The position numbers were made by a program, and so were the translations under genes. Below are positions 38,893 through 50,771 of a stretch of DNA of 64,000 nt, piece after piece (position 1 is the first letter of the stretch; every line of letters starts with the position of its first letter). Origin of the DNA: Balanoglossus misakiensis (Eukaryota; Animalia; Hemichordata); the NCBI GenBank assembly GCA_040954595.2, contig CM082592.2, positions 10,920,017 through 10,984,016 of the forward strand. Reading direction: 5' to 3'. The notes under the pieces are model-generated. The model made no database searches. It was not told the origin of the DNA and saw only the letters and a list, made by a program, of their open reading frames with translations.

Positions 38893-41800
38893 ATGAAACA
38901 CATCAGAAAGATTTCGCGCTTTGTGATTTTGATAAGTTTGGCTGTCCAATTGGCTGATGGGTTTGATAAAACAGAGTGGGTTCGTACGAGTGCTGCTCAT
39001 GATGCGGGTGAGTGGAAATAAAACTCCGTTTGTTACACTTTTCATATCAAAAGCAGTAAATTGAAGCCCAGTCAAGTTTTGTTTTGGTCAAACATTAAAC
39101 CAAGTGTTGCTGTTCATATCAGAACTGTCGCAATTGAATTTATGAAGAATCGACCACTGAAACGTCACAAACGGTGTGTTCTTCATTATGCAGAAAACAG
39201 CGGTTCTTATCTTGACTGGCCGCGTTTTCATTTTGCCGGGACGTTCTTAGCGGACACACCGACAGGAAACAACTTGGTTAAAAACTACGACACCGAGGCA
39301 TTTGATGAACGACTTCGACAGGAGCCAGACATGATGGGGTTCAACCCTGATGGATCAGGAACCTTTCAGTTGTTAGACTGTCAAGTGACATCAGTCTGCT
39401 ACAGACGAGGTGAATGCATCATTGCGCATGCGGATTCAAGTTCGAATGAAGACGCACTATTAGGAACAACTATCTTGAGTAAGTCTGATAGGTCGGTGAT
39501 TTTTTTTAGCGAACTCAACAAAGAGTGAATAAACTCTCCCATTCAGCCAAACTGCAGTAAGTCCCTTTAATATTAAAAACATTTTATAATGTAGAAGAAA
39601 TTGGCTTTAGGTTCCTTCTTTTCTAGGTAATATTAACCGTTCCCAAGCCAAGATGGCGGACCTGGACCCTGAGTATGAATTAGCATCGACCATTTTTGGA
39701 ATGTCTGTCCATTTACCAGGCGCTTTCTCAGCCAATTTACAAGAAACAGCATTGGCAAATTTATTTCGTAAAATACCCACTGGCAAAAGCAATGATAATG
39801 CGGAAGGGGCCGAATTCTTTTCCTTGCTGACCGATGTGGATTGGCAAGATGAAAAGGCATCGCAGCTTTTGGATGAGTTAAAGCTGTATAGTTCCGCCAG
39901 TACGAATCCAAATGTGCTATCGATAAAATTTAACCTCGATTCTTACGTATCCGATGTCGAATCCGCAAAGTTTCTCACTGGTAGAATCGTCGGAAGTGTT
40001 GGCGTTGCTGGGTCTTCCCTGCCATTGCACGGTCTTCGCAGTCGACAGCTGAAGCCATTAGAATCAGATGATTTTGGAATAGCACATATTGCAGTCTTTG
40101 CAGACAGGGGAAAGATACTGGTTGACCTTGGCAATGCCCTCCAGCATAACACGCAGGGATTCCCAGACCCAGACTTAAACCAAGTCTTACAAGTCGCAGT
40201 TCCATCAAGTCCAGTAACCCAGCAGCCTCTAGGTTGCAAAACTCAAGTTGAAGTCCTAGCACACGTTAACTATACAGGTCACCGGTGGTATGAAACCACT
40301 GCAGGAATCGTCGCCATTCCTGAAACAACTGTTCTCACCCAACAGCAGCTCAGTGATATTTCTAATCGACCAGTGATGATTCGACAGTTGGATAAGGACA
40401 CTCGTGTCTGTCTGGGTGTTGTTCTCTCAGAGAGAAAGGATGGCGTTGCAAGCGGCAGTTTGGGAGACAGCATATTCAGACAAATTCCTGGCGATACATG
40501 GCAATTTTACGCATTCTTGACTGTATTTGGAAGACCCTTAAGCAACGTTTCACTGGAGATTTTCAACCAAAATGGTTCGTCTTCCTGTACCAATGATAGT
40601 CATATACCTGTCACTCAACTCGCTGTTGAACATTCGGGTTGTCAGATTACTGATGATCATGGAATTGCTTCTTTCAATTTCAATGGAAGCAGTCCTGGAA
40701 ATCCACGGAAAATAATCGATGGACAGCTATATCTCTTTGACGTCAAAGTCCACGTCCAAGAAATGTTTACTTCAAAACAGCAAATAGCTGTACTCATGCA
40801 TGATGACTTTCAGGTTTCAAAAGGCGGGCCAACTTGGTATCAGGACATTTACCCTTTATTCAGAATCTACGCCAATCTGTATCCCGGTATGGTCAATGTT
40901 ATAAACATGGCGTCTTACGAAGATGTTGTACGTAAGACAGAACTGATGAAACTGGCCATGTCCCTGCCGAGAACGGACCCAGCATTCATGCCTGTGACAA
41001 GAGACCTTTCCAGACAAAAGCAACAGGTGGTTCTCCAGTGGCTTGACAACCCCCAGCTTGGTGAGGTCCCGCCATTAAGTCTGACAGAGCTTAAAAATCA
41101 CTTGCAACTGGCGATGGAACTTGAACTTGCTACAATTCCACCTTATCTGACCGCACTGTTATCCATCAAGAAGGGGGACAATTTGGAAGTTGCCAACACT
41201 CTCCGCCGTATCGCTATAGAAGAAATGCTTCACATGGCTTTGGTGGCTAACATCCTGAGAAGCGTATGCGGCAATCCGATTCTTGATGACATCCGGGTCA
41301 TTCCGAAGTACCCATCGAAAATGCCAGGGGGTGTTCATCCCCATTTGACTCTATCCCTCCGGCGACTGAGCAAAAGTCATATAGAGGATGTATTCTTGAA
41401 AATAGAGGAACCAGACAGCACCCTTCCTATTACATTACGTCAAACTGTTCTGCAAAGCATGAAAGACAATTCCAGATCCAAGTTGTCCTTGGGGGACCAC
41501 TATGATACAATTGGGAAATTCTACTTTGAGAAAATCTGGAAATCACTGAGTCACCATGCGGCCATTGACAAGACCTTGTTCAGATGTGCAAACAAAAGCA
41601 CCCAGATTACTGGGGATGACTGGTATAGTCACGTGGCTGACAAGCCATTTCCGGTGTATAATATAGAAGATGCAAGAAGAGCCATTCAGATGATCACAGA
41701 GGAAGGAGAAGGGAGTTCTCCCACCAGACCATTCGACTCTGGCGGTAATCTTTCTCATTACTTCAGATTTCTGGAGATTGTGATGGGCAACAGACTGGTA

Positions 41801-42253
41801 AATACCGTCAAAGCAAATAATACAATTGACGCCTGTGATGTTAAATATTTTGACAGATATACACCTAAGTTCTGTGGGTATGATGAGAAAACATGCCACT
41901 TTATGTACGTGCTTGAGAGGTGTGAAGTACCTTATCAATTTACAGGGGAGAGGGTTCCATTTTATTCTGATGGGATCTGGCCTATTATTGATGATCCAAC
42001 TACTGACAGTTATCCCACGGGTTCAAAGGTGAAACGCTTGTCTGACCGTTTCAACACCGAATACTCCAACTTGCTGCGATGCATCCACTGTGCTTTCAAC
42101 GGCAACCCCAGAACGATGAAGGCGTGCATGTCAGTTATGGCAAAACTCGAATTGCTGGGGCGCCAGTTAGTGAAGACGCCGATCCACCATGATGGGGATC
42201 CAAACACAGGTCCGAACGGCGCACCAACATTTGAATTCACTTCGCTTTCCTAA
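38893..42253 (+). CDS. Secreted VioB/RebD/StaD-like protein (iminophenyl-pyruvate dimer / chromopyrrolic acid synthase family) with C-terminal ferritin-like domain, 1008 aa, 3 exons
   Basis: Exon 1 38893-39007 (MKHIRKISRFVILISLAVQLADG-FDKTEWVRTSAAHDA, donor G|gtgagt), exon 2 39194-39478 (cag|...A|gtaagt), exon 3 39627-42253; both introns phase 1; 3027 nt open. Motifs collinear with VioB as recalled: SYLDWPRFHFAG..TGNN, AKMADLDP, GRIVGSVG, YANLYPGM, FMPVTRDLSRQK, LQLAMELELATIPPYLTALLSI, IAIEEMLHMALVANIL, AIQMITEEGEG, SHYFRF, GAPTFEF. Confidence 0.88.
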
Positions 42254-42423
42254 CTTAAACTTATACAGATAGAAGCTGCAACATGCCAGTAAGAATTGAA
42301 ATCGAACTGTAGCACCGTGTAATTGTAGTTGTGATGCTTAGATATAGATTGTTTTTTCTTATTCAAAATATGACGAATCTATGACTCAAAATAAACAAAT
42401 CATTTTATCTGGAGTCGTCCAAC

Positions 42424-42438
42424 AGAGAGAGAGAGAGA

Positions 42439-42479
<41 letters not shown>
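42424..42479. repeat. Compound microsatellite (GA)n(CA)n followed by a poly-C run
   Basis: agagagagagagagagacacacacacaca..., between the convergent 3' ends of the VioB-like and sialyltransferase genes. Confidence 0.95.
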
Positions 42480-42481
<2 letters not shown>

Positions 42482-42636
42482 CCTGTGTCCTCAACCCCCC
42501 CCCCCCTCCGGTCTCCATTCTCCCACATCTAGGATAAATGTTCACCAATTCAACTCATCCTTTTACCCCGCTTTAATACATATTTAGATGGTTACACGTG
42601 TATCAAGTCATCTTCAGTTAACATCTCGAAATGCCA

Positions 42637-45131
42637 CTAGAGGGCGTCCTTACAAGGTGCTATATTAATCTTGAGGACTCCCAACCGGTGCAGCTCCAGG
42701 AGTGCCTTGAACTCGCCACTGAAATCATGAACGCGGCTCATGGCCAGCGTGTCGTAGTAGTGGTACTTCAGTTCTTGTCCATCCAGGCCTTTGGCAAATG
42801 GCCAAAATCCGTACAAGTCCACTTGATCGCAATTCGCCAGAACAGTGGTCGCCAGATAGAAGCCTGCAAAATTAACGGGACACATGGTGTCATTGTTTTG
42901 TAAAATAGTGAACTAAGTAATGATTTAAGGTCTAAAGCTGTTTTTAAGGAATGGTTAATGAGACAAATTCAAGCTGTACTCAGTGTACACACACTAGGAC
43001 TAGGAAATAATTAAAGTCATATCACCTGAACTAAGACGTTTGTCATGTCCCCGGGTCTTCCAAAATTCCTTCACCGAATTGAAATGAGAAGGATGTATGA
43101 TATACATGTTGGCATGTCCTTTCAGAACCTTTGCTCCTCTGAGGGAAACCGGAATAAGCATTGGCGTCGAATGAACCAACACTAGAATGTTTTTATATCC
43201 TTTCATTTCGGCGATAAATTTCTGTATATCCTCTCTACGATGAAGGTTATTAAAGCTCCTAAAGAAAAAAGAAAATACATTTTGAGAATAACTACAACGC
43301 ATATCGATGAATAGTATTTAAATTCCCGCCAGCGTATAGTCCTCTTTCATGACCCCCATGTGACCTTTACATCCTGGCATTTTGTCGGTATGATTTCGCC
43401 ATTTTGAATATAAACTCTGGTATAGTTGACCATAATAAGATTATGGAATCTGAACATTCCAAATCATCATAGAACATAAAGCCGTAGCCAAAACGAACAA
43501 AAAACATGCAAGCCCTACTTTTGGAACTGGGATTTGTTGAACGTTGTGAGCGTTGTTTTATTTCCAACGTCGTTTGAAAATCCCCCAATGGTTGGTGCAT
43601 TAAATCTGTAATTGCGACAAAAGCATTCATTTTATTCTTTGAAACTAAAAAGTAACCATAATTTCGGTAGTTTCTCAGAAATTTAATTTTAACAACACTC
43701 AGCTAGTACGCGCAATATGACAAAGTTGGAGCAAAGAATAAGATTCGTCAAACATGGTTCAGTGGACATGCAAATACCTAATAACACTCTCTGCCGAATC
43801 AATCTGCCGTCCACAGCTACTATTGAGAAGGATACCACTACTACCAACAACGCTGCATGTTTTGTATTTTCTATCAACAAAGAACTGCGCCTGGAAAAGG
43901 TTTGAAAATAGTGGGAAACAACTTGAAGGTCAAGTAAAAACACAGAATTAATTTCAAGTGGCAAATAAAAGTGAAATTTCATATACCATGTTTGCTACCG
44001 AGAGAGGGGGACTGAGGGATGGAAAGGGATTGGGAGAGAGGGGGAAGGGAATCGGGAGAATTAGGCAGGGCAAGGGAGGGTGAGAGAGAATGAGAGAGAG
44101 AGGTGGAGATAGGGTGATTTACCTCGGGTAACAACCGATGTACCGAATATTCGATTTTGAATCGTCGGTCGCCTAGTGTTCCATTCACAACCTGTGAAAT
44201 GTTGGTGTTTTCCTTTGTAAGAATAAACATTCGTCTTGTGTCCACAATATCCGCAAGTTTTTGTCTGTCAAAAATGCAAATCACATAAAATTAAACATTT
44301 CTATCTACATCAATGTTAACAGAAACCGCACAGAAACCAGGATTGAAAGTAGTATTTCATTTTTACAACTGCCTCGGATTTATGATCACAGCTACCTTAT
44401 ATTATTCCTGTTTTCCTCGCTTAGTTTCCATGGTAAAGACAACTGATGTATTATCTCTTCAGCCGATACAGTGCCATTTCCTTGAGGAGTAAGCTCCGTT
44501 CCATTTACCGCCGTTTTGTTGCTTGTGTGTTCTGTCATCGATACTGTCCCTGTGGAATTGGACGAGCTTGCAGAAATCCACGTGCCTTGAATATGTGTCC
44601 TGCAAAGAATGGCAATGAATAGCTTTGGAGATCATTTGAGTCATGTCCTTGCCGATATAGTATTTCTAATAATTCTTGTTGTCGATGGTGCAAAACCGAA
44701 ACAGTGGCCTGATTAGTCGTGAAAATAACAGTGCTGTATTAGTTTAAACATGTATAACACAGTTGGAACATACCTGTCCAAGTCATAATTTTGATATAGT
44801 TATGTCAAATTCCAATATACCAGTATATATTACTTGTGACTGCTCAGAATCCTGTGGTATTACTTAGATGGTGCAGAAATGAGCACCGTTTCGTTTTAGA
44901 CACATAATCAATATCACATAGTTTATACTCTTTAGTCTCACGTAGGACTTACCGTACTGAAAGCGTTGCATCATGTGTGACCTTCGGGCCTCCGAAAGAG
45001 AGATCTCTGAAGTGACCCCAAGTAAGAGCAAGGTATAGGATGGACAGAGTGAGCACAAGACTGGCTAATATCTTCATCTGGACAAACAAACATCGTTTGC
45101 TACTGTAAGGGTTTCGTGTACAGCTTGCCAT
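42637..45131 (-). CDS. ST8SIA: Alpha-2,8-sialyltransferase-like protein (GT29, ST8Sia family)
   Basis: Exons 45131-44953 (type II anchor [18 protein letters not shown]), 44599-44396, 44264-44123, 43890-43778, 43605-43519, 43258-43026, 42863-42637. Sialylmotif [36 protein letters not shown]; motif S LSSGFYL..C.QV.LYGFWPF; motif III HYYD; motif VS HDFSGE; near-terminal Cys typical of ST8Sia. Confidence 0.9.
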
Positions 45132-45511
45132 TGCACCAAATACCTGTGAAATTAAATAATCTGGGATTGTTCAGCAAAGCATGACGGTGAATCATCATCA
45201 GGCGATCGTAGTTAGTCGTTAGACTGACAGTAGGACGTACCTGCTTAAACATGATAATTTACTGTGCAAACCGTTGACCTTACATGCTGATTGACTTCGC
45301 GCATACAATTCCCAGGTATTCGTGGAAGAGAATGTTGTCTGTGGAGTCAAATGGCAAATTGAAAGGTGACATAATTGTAGAATTTTTTTTGTTCAAGTTT
45401 TGACGACTGCTGTTCCATATGTTGTTAGAAATGATTGATCGAACCTAAAAGGTGAGGGTTAGGATACTCTTTCCTGACAGCCCGCTTATTGATTCGGGCA
45501 TACTCGCGTTA

Positions 45512-45545
45512 GGCAGCGTTCAAAAACGCGTGTGGGCGAGAGAGA

Positions 45546-45576
<31 letters not shown>

Positions 45577-45727
45577 TTGAAAAATGTGGCACTGTGTCAG
45601 GGGGAGCTAAAAATGTGACTGCCAGGGGGGACTTAACATTGTTAGGGTGATTTAGATATCTGAAGAAAATGGGAATATCTTTCTATATATTCCCGCCCCC
45701 TCCCCTGAGGTGTTTGTGAAAACTGAG
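45512..45727. mobile_element. Degenerate short MITE related to the 49277-50067 element
   Basis: Left end tta|ggcagcgttcaaaaac resembles ggctgcattcacaaac. Right end tcccgccccctcccctgaggtgtttgtgaa-N7-|tta resembles the intact right TIR. The same G-run/ttgaaa subterminal motifs are present. Confidence 0.5.
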
Positions 45728-46327
45728 TTACGTAGTTACATATATATATATATATATTCAATACATAATTGGGTCAATTGCCGTGTGCATGGACCGTCTG
45801 TCTCCGTTTACTGTATCTTTAAACACTTAACTACACAAAGAACATGCGGGCAACTGTTCAATGGCAATAGGTGACTGCAGGATGAACAATTGAAAGCTTA
45901 CCATATTGCCCGGGACCATATGTATGTATGTAACTGATGGGATTTAAAAGCTCTATCTTATTATGTAGTTCCACATGTTTATTTTCAACAGCCGCCAGGT
46001 CAGACACTAAGAACTTTCCCATTTATCTTTTCGAATTCAATTCTGGTATATGCCATATTTGCACACATTGGCAGAAATACATGGTGACAGGCGGTCGTTC
46101 ATAGGGAAGCCACAATTATTGTGAAAAGGACGAAGGTTTAAAGTTTGGCATTTAATTTGGTGGTTTTGGTACATTTCTCAAATCATGCCTGAAAAAGACT
46201 TGGAATCAACCAATGAGTATTAACAGTGCATAAATCTTTTCTGACGTTAAACAGGTGATTTCGACTAATAGCGTCCACTGAAAGTGCTGGAAACAATTCT
46301 GACGCCTTGTTTGATGGATAAACGCGT

Positions 46328-47787
46328 TCAGAGTACTTGCAGCGTATAGATACAAGCACGGCAACAATGGTCGCTGTGGACGTTGTAGAGGTAGTTTTCC
46401 TTGAAGCATGTGTTTATCAGTTCCATTTTCTTAGATTCGGTTAACTTCCTGAAGGTTTCGCCTTCGACTAGATTCAAGTACTTCTCAGAAGCAACCAGTA
46501 TGATGAAGCCTCCTGTTAACACAAATGATTCATATTGTTATGTGTTTGCAGCGACAACATAGTTGGGGCAGCATGGTGTCGAAATTCTAAACATTTAAAC
46601 CAAGGAAAATAGGCGGGATATGTTTTATTATCCTAGCAAAAATTTCTCAGGCACTCTTGCCACTATGGGGCAAAACCAATTTTTTCTACGCGTACATTTG
46701 TGCTGACTATTGATAAATGTAAGCATTCCCACCTGGCTTCACAATTCTAGTCCATTCCTGCAGAACATCATCGTGTAAATGTCCGTCACCAACAAAACTG
46801 CCAACTGTAGTAATGGCATCGTAGGAGTCTGGGGAGGGAGGGGGTAGAGAGAGATACACAGAGATAGAACGGAGAGAGAGAAAAGAGAAAAAGAGGGCGT
46901 GAGAGAGAGAGGGGGAGGGAGAGAGAGGGAAAGAGAGAAAGGAGAGAAGTATTGCCATCCACGACGTCAGTAACACATGGCCATAAGCTGTATGGACAGG
47001 CAAGATCAGTTTTTATTAATTGAATTGGCGAATGACTAGTAATGATGCTTTATCACAGAAATATGAATCATGAGTGTCGATAATTGAAAAAGTTAAACAA
47101 TACCTCTCTCGATTCCTTCTATCGGGTCTGCCCCCAAAACAGCAGTGATAAGATTTTTATAAATGCCCTTCTCTCCAGCAACTTGGAGAAGACCCTCTGA
47201 CATATCCACACCATCGAGGTTATCGTAGCCTGCATCTCTGAGCTATAGGTGGATAAAAAGGGTTATTGTCTTTAGTCCGTATCCGAATGATGTCTAACAC
47301 AGTAGCACACTGATTGACAGGTGACTGACATCTATTATACAGTCAAAGTTATATCGAAATGACAGCCAGTAGCGGAAATGGGAGAGGGGACCAGACATAC
47401 CTCCTCGCCAACTAATCCAGTACCACAGGCACAATCAAGGATTCGCGCGTGTTTATTCTCCATAACTTTAGAAAGTCCTTCCGCGGCGAATTTTGGTGCA
47501 TTGTACGTATCTCGCGACAGCTGTATTTTATATAAAGAAACACAGAACACGCATATGTGATTAGTAAAATTAAACAAGCGACCTAGCACCCGATGGTGGT
47601 GGTGGTGGTGGGGGGGGGGGTGGTGGTTGTGGTGGTGGTAAAGGTCATCATTTGAAAATTCATTTTCACAGATTACCGTATCATATCTGCCGGCGATTTT
47701 ATTGTACAATTCTTTGACTTGCTGCGTTGTAACTTTGGGAGCATATAGTTGCTCTAGTATCTCAAGAGTCTCTTCATACATTAACAT
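46328..47787 (-). CDS. METTL27: Class I SAM-dependent methyltransferase, METTL27/WBSCR27-like, copy 1
   Basis: Exons 47787-47677, 47520-47401, 47242-47104, 46828-46733, 46512-46328. Motif I RILDCACGTGLVG, GVDMSEGLL, DSYDAI, RIVKPGG; N-terminal ELYNKIAGRYD. Confidence 0.82.
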
Positions 47788-48768
47788 CTGTAAATAGAGA
47801 TTGAGTGGCATGTCAAAAGTTGTTGCTTAAAATACAAGCGCAGCATCCGGCAGACAACTTTGGTCACTGAATAGACACTTGATAAAAAAACTAAATGTTA
47901 TTCTTTTAAAGGCTGCTTCCCTGACTATCACTGATAATTTTTAGAAGTACAAGTTGAATACGTCCACAGAATGTCTGCAGTTTTGCCAACATTACCACTG
48001 ACAGTCTATGCCTTTCAAAAATGCACATTGATCGACCTATATCAGTGACGTGCATAGGGGTTCCGGGTCATCTTGAAGCTTGTTTTCTTCTTATCTTGCA
48101 CAAGCGAACCTACAGTAGGCTATGCTAGTAAATATTCTGTATGTAATAGAAGTAATTCACTGTATATCATGCTATCACGTTTTAGAGAGTCTTTAAGTTC
48201 AGAGAATCTGGCGATCGTGGTAGTTGGTAGAATTGCTACCAGTGGTTTGACCTTTGAATCAAGCGCTGCAGGTCAGCTTTGAATCCAGGGCTGATCATCT
48301 GTAGACCAGCCGTTTGCTTTCTGTTGATGTTTGACCTTGAAATCCAATGACAAACAGCCATCTGTTTGACCATGTTGGGTTTGACCTTTAAACTTACCAC
48401 AGCACATATCCGTTGGCACAAATTGGGCCCTAGTCTGCTGCGCTTATAGCATGCAACGCCTCCCTTGCATTATGCAAATCATGGACTTTTAGGGGCGGAC
48501 CAGTCCATATCTGGGAGAGGTTTTTTGAAAAACAACAGTCTTGCCAGTAATCACTTTACTTTTTAGAGCTGACTTTAATAATAGTTAAGAAGGTGTGCAT
48601 GATGAGACATGCATTTAAGGTTTACTTGGTTGTTGTTTTTTGTGAGTGCCGGTATGTATAACATAGCACTAGACTTTTTCTGCGTCGTGTTAAATGGTTA
48701 ATTTCAAATATTAGCGTCGTAACTGAAAGTGTCGAAGCCGGAAATAATAATTGTATGGACCAATGCGT

Positions 48769-50771
48769 TCAGAGTACTTGAAACGTATAGATACAAGCAC
48801 GGCCACAATAGTCTCTGTCAAGGTTATAGACATAGTCTTCCTTGAAGCATGTGTTTATCAGTTCCATTTTCTTAGATTCAATTAACTTCTTGAAGGTTTC
48901 GCCTTCCACTAGATTCATGTACTTCTCAAAAACAACCAGTATGATGTAACCTCCTGTAAACACAAAGGATTCATATCATGTGTTAGCCACAAGAACACAG
49001 TTGGAGCAGTAGGGAAATAGGCGTTTTTTCTGACTTATCTACATATTTCAGGCACTCAACGAGTACAACCAAGACAATATGTACAATATGTACTGATTTT
49101 CATTAAAGTAAGCATTCACACCTGGCTTCACAATTCTAGTCCATTCCTGCAGAACATCATCGTGTAATTGTCCTTCGCCACCAAAACTTCCAGAGCAAGT
49201 AATGGCATCGTAGGAGTCTTAGAGAGAGAGCAAAAAAACTATTGTCATCCACGATGTCAGTAACACATGGCCATAAGGCTGCATTCACAAACACCTCTGG
49301 AGGGGGGGGCAGGAGAATTGAGGGGGGGGATTTGAAAAAATTGAGGGTATGTAAGGGGGGGGATTTGAAATAATTTAGGGACTGAAAGGGGGGGACTTGA
49401 AAACTTTGACGACTAAATATTTATTTTGAGTCCACAAAAATGCAGTTTCGCGCCCTTTATTTTACAAATTTTCTAATGTGGGAGGGGGACACCCCCTTCC
49501 ACACCCACCCCCTCCATTCATCAACACCTTTCAATCATTGACTGCTTTATCTAGTGTCCCAGGTCAGGGGACTTGCCCCCACCCCATGATAACTCTGAGC
49601 GTCGACGGTTAAATTTGTCCTCCCCAACATACCGGTAGTTGAGTTAATTTGCTTTTGCTGGGTTCATTAAAATGCAGCTTTGAGCTCTGTATTTTATAAA
49701 ATTTTCTTACGTGGGAGGGGGACACCCCCTCCCAAACCCACCCCCTTCAATTCTCGGTTTACAATGTCTCCCAACACAGAATACAAATACTTAAAAAATA
49801 AAAACAATGTTCAGTTTTAATACCCACTGATGAGGGGAAACATCAGTTTCAAATTCTTTTCATGGGAACGCTGTTTATCTTTTTTACAAGATAGATGTGT
49901 TTTGCTCTGTGAAAGAAAATGGGGGGGGGATTTCAAAATTTTGGCAGTACGGAAGGGGGGGATTTGAAAATATTTCGGGTTGTGTGGGGGGGCATGTGAA
50001 AATTAGCGGTAAAAAAAATTGAATTCTCCCGCCCCCCCCCCCTCCAGAGGTGTTTGTGAATGCAGCCTAAGCTGTATAGACAGGCAAGAATCAGGTCCGA
50101 TTAGTACAAACTGGTAAGGATGCTTTATCACAGAAGTATGAATCATGAATGTCGATAATTTAAGGAATTGAAATACCTCTCTCGATTCCTTCTATCGGGT
50201 CTGCCCCCAAAACAGCAGTGATAAGATTTTTATAAATGCCCTTCTCTCCAGCAACTTGGAGAAGACCCTCTGACATATCCACACCATCGAGATTATCGTA
50301 GCCTGCATCTCTGAGCTGAAGGTGAATAAAAAGCGTTATTGTCTTTTGTCCATATCCGAATGATGTCTACCACACTACTAGGTGCTAGTATAGACTTACC
50401 TCTTTACCAATTAATCCAGTACCACATGCACAGTCAAGGATTCGCGCGTGTTTATTGTGCACCACTTTAGAAAGTGCTTCCGTGGTAAATTTTGGCCCAT
50501 TGTACGTATCCCGCACAAGCTGCAAGAAGCACAAGACAAAATGTTCATGTATATGTGATGTGGTAGAAAAATAAAACAAGGGCCTTAGCAGCCGATACAG
50601 TTCTAAAGTGATACTTTGCACTATAAACAAGATAACTGCTTCAGAATTTAAGGTCATTCTGATTACCGTATCATATCTGTCAGCGATTTTATTGTACAAT
50701 TCTTTGACTTGCTGCGTAGTAACTTCGGGAGCAGACAGTTGCCCTAGTAACTCAAGAGTCTCTTGATCCAT
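48769..50771 (-). CDS. METTL27: Class I SAM-dependent methyltransferase, METTL27/WBSCR27-like, copy 2 (tandem paralogue)
   Basis: Exons 50771-50667, 50519-50400, 50315-50177, 49217-49122, 48953-48769. Same structure as copy 1, motif RILDCACGTGLIG; exon 3 is nearly identical to copy 1. Confidence 0.82.
49277..50067. mobile_element. 791-bp non-autonomous DNA transposon (PIF/Harbinger, Tourist-type MITE)
   Basis: Perfect TIR of over 30 bp, ggctgcattcacaaacacctctggagggggggg...ccccccctccagaggtgtttgtgaatgcagcc. TAA target-site duplication at 49274-49276 and 50068-50070. The paralogous intron (about 46971-46993) shows the empty site taacacatggccaTAAgctgtat. Confidence 0.93.

Noticed and set aside
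39061-39193. ORF-track N-terminus MKPSQVLFW.../MKNRPLKRHK for the VioB-like gene
   Set aside because: Better explained as intron 1 read-through: the acceptor at 39193 and upstream donor at 39007 give a phase-matched signal-peptide exon.
38893-42253. VioB-like gene as bacterial contamination
   Set aside because: It has two in-phase GT-AG introns, a separate signal exon, host-like base composition and an adjacent microsatellite, and no operon neighbours.
43995-44112. Ser/Pro/Leu-rich peptides from purine-rich tracts (also 46830-46950)
   Set aside because: Intronic GA-rich low-complexity DNA, not coding.
47590-47640. Poly-His/Pro peptide in ORF 47335-47811
   Set aside because: Translation of an intronic (GGT)n/poly-G microsatellite between methyltransferase exons 1 and 2.
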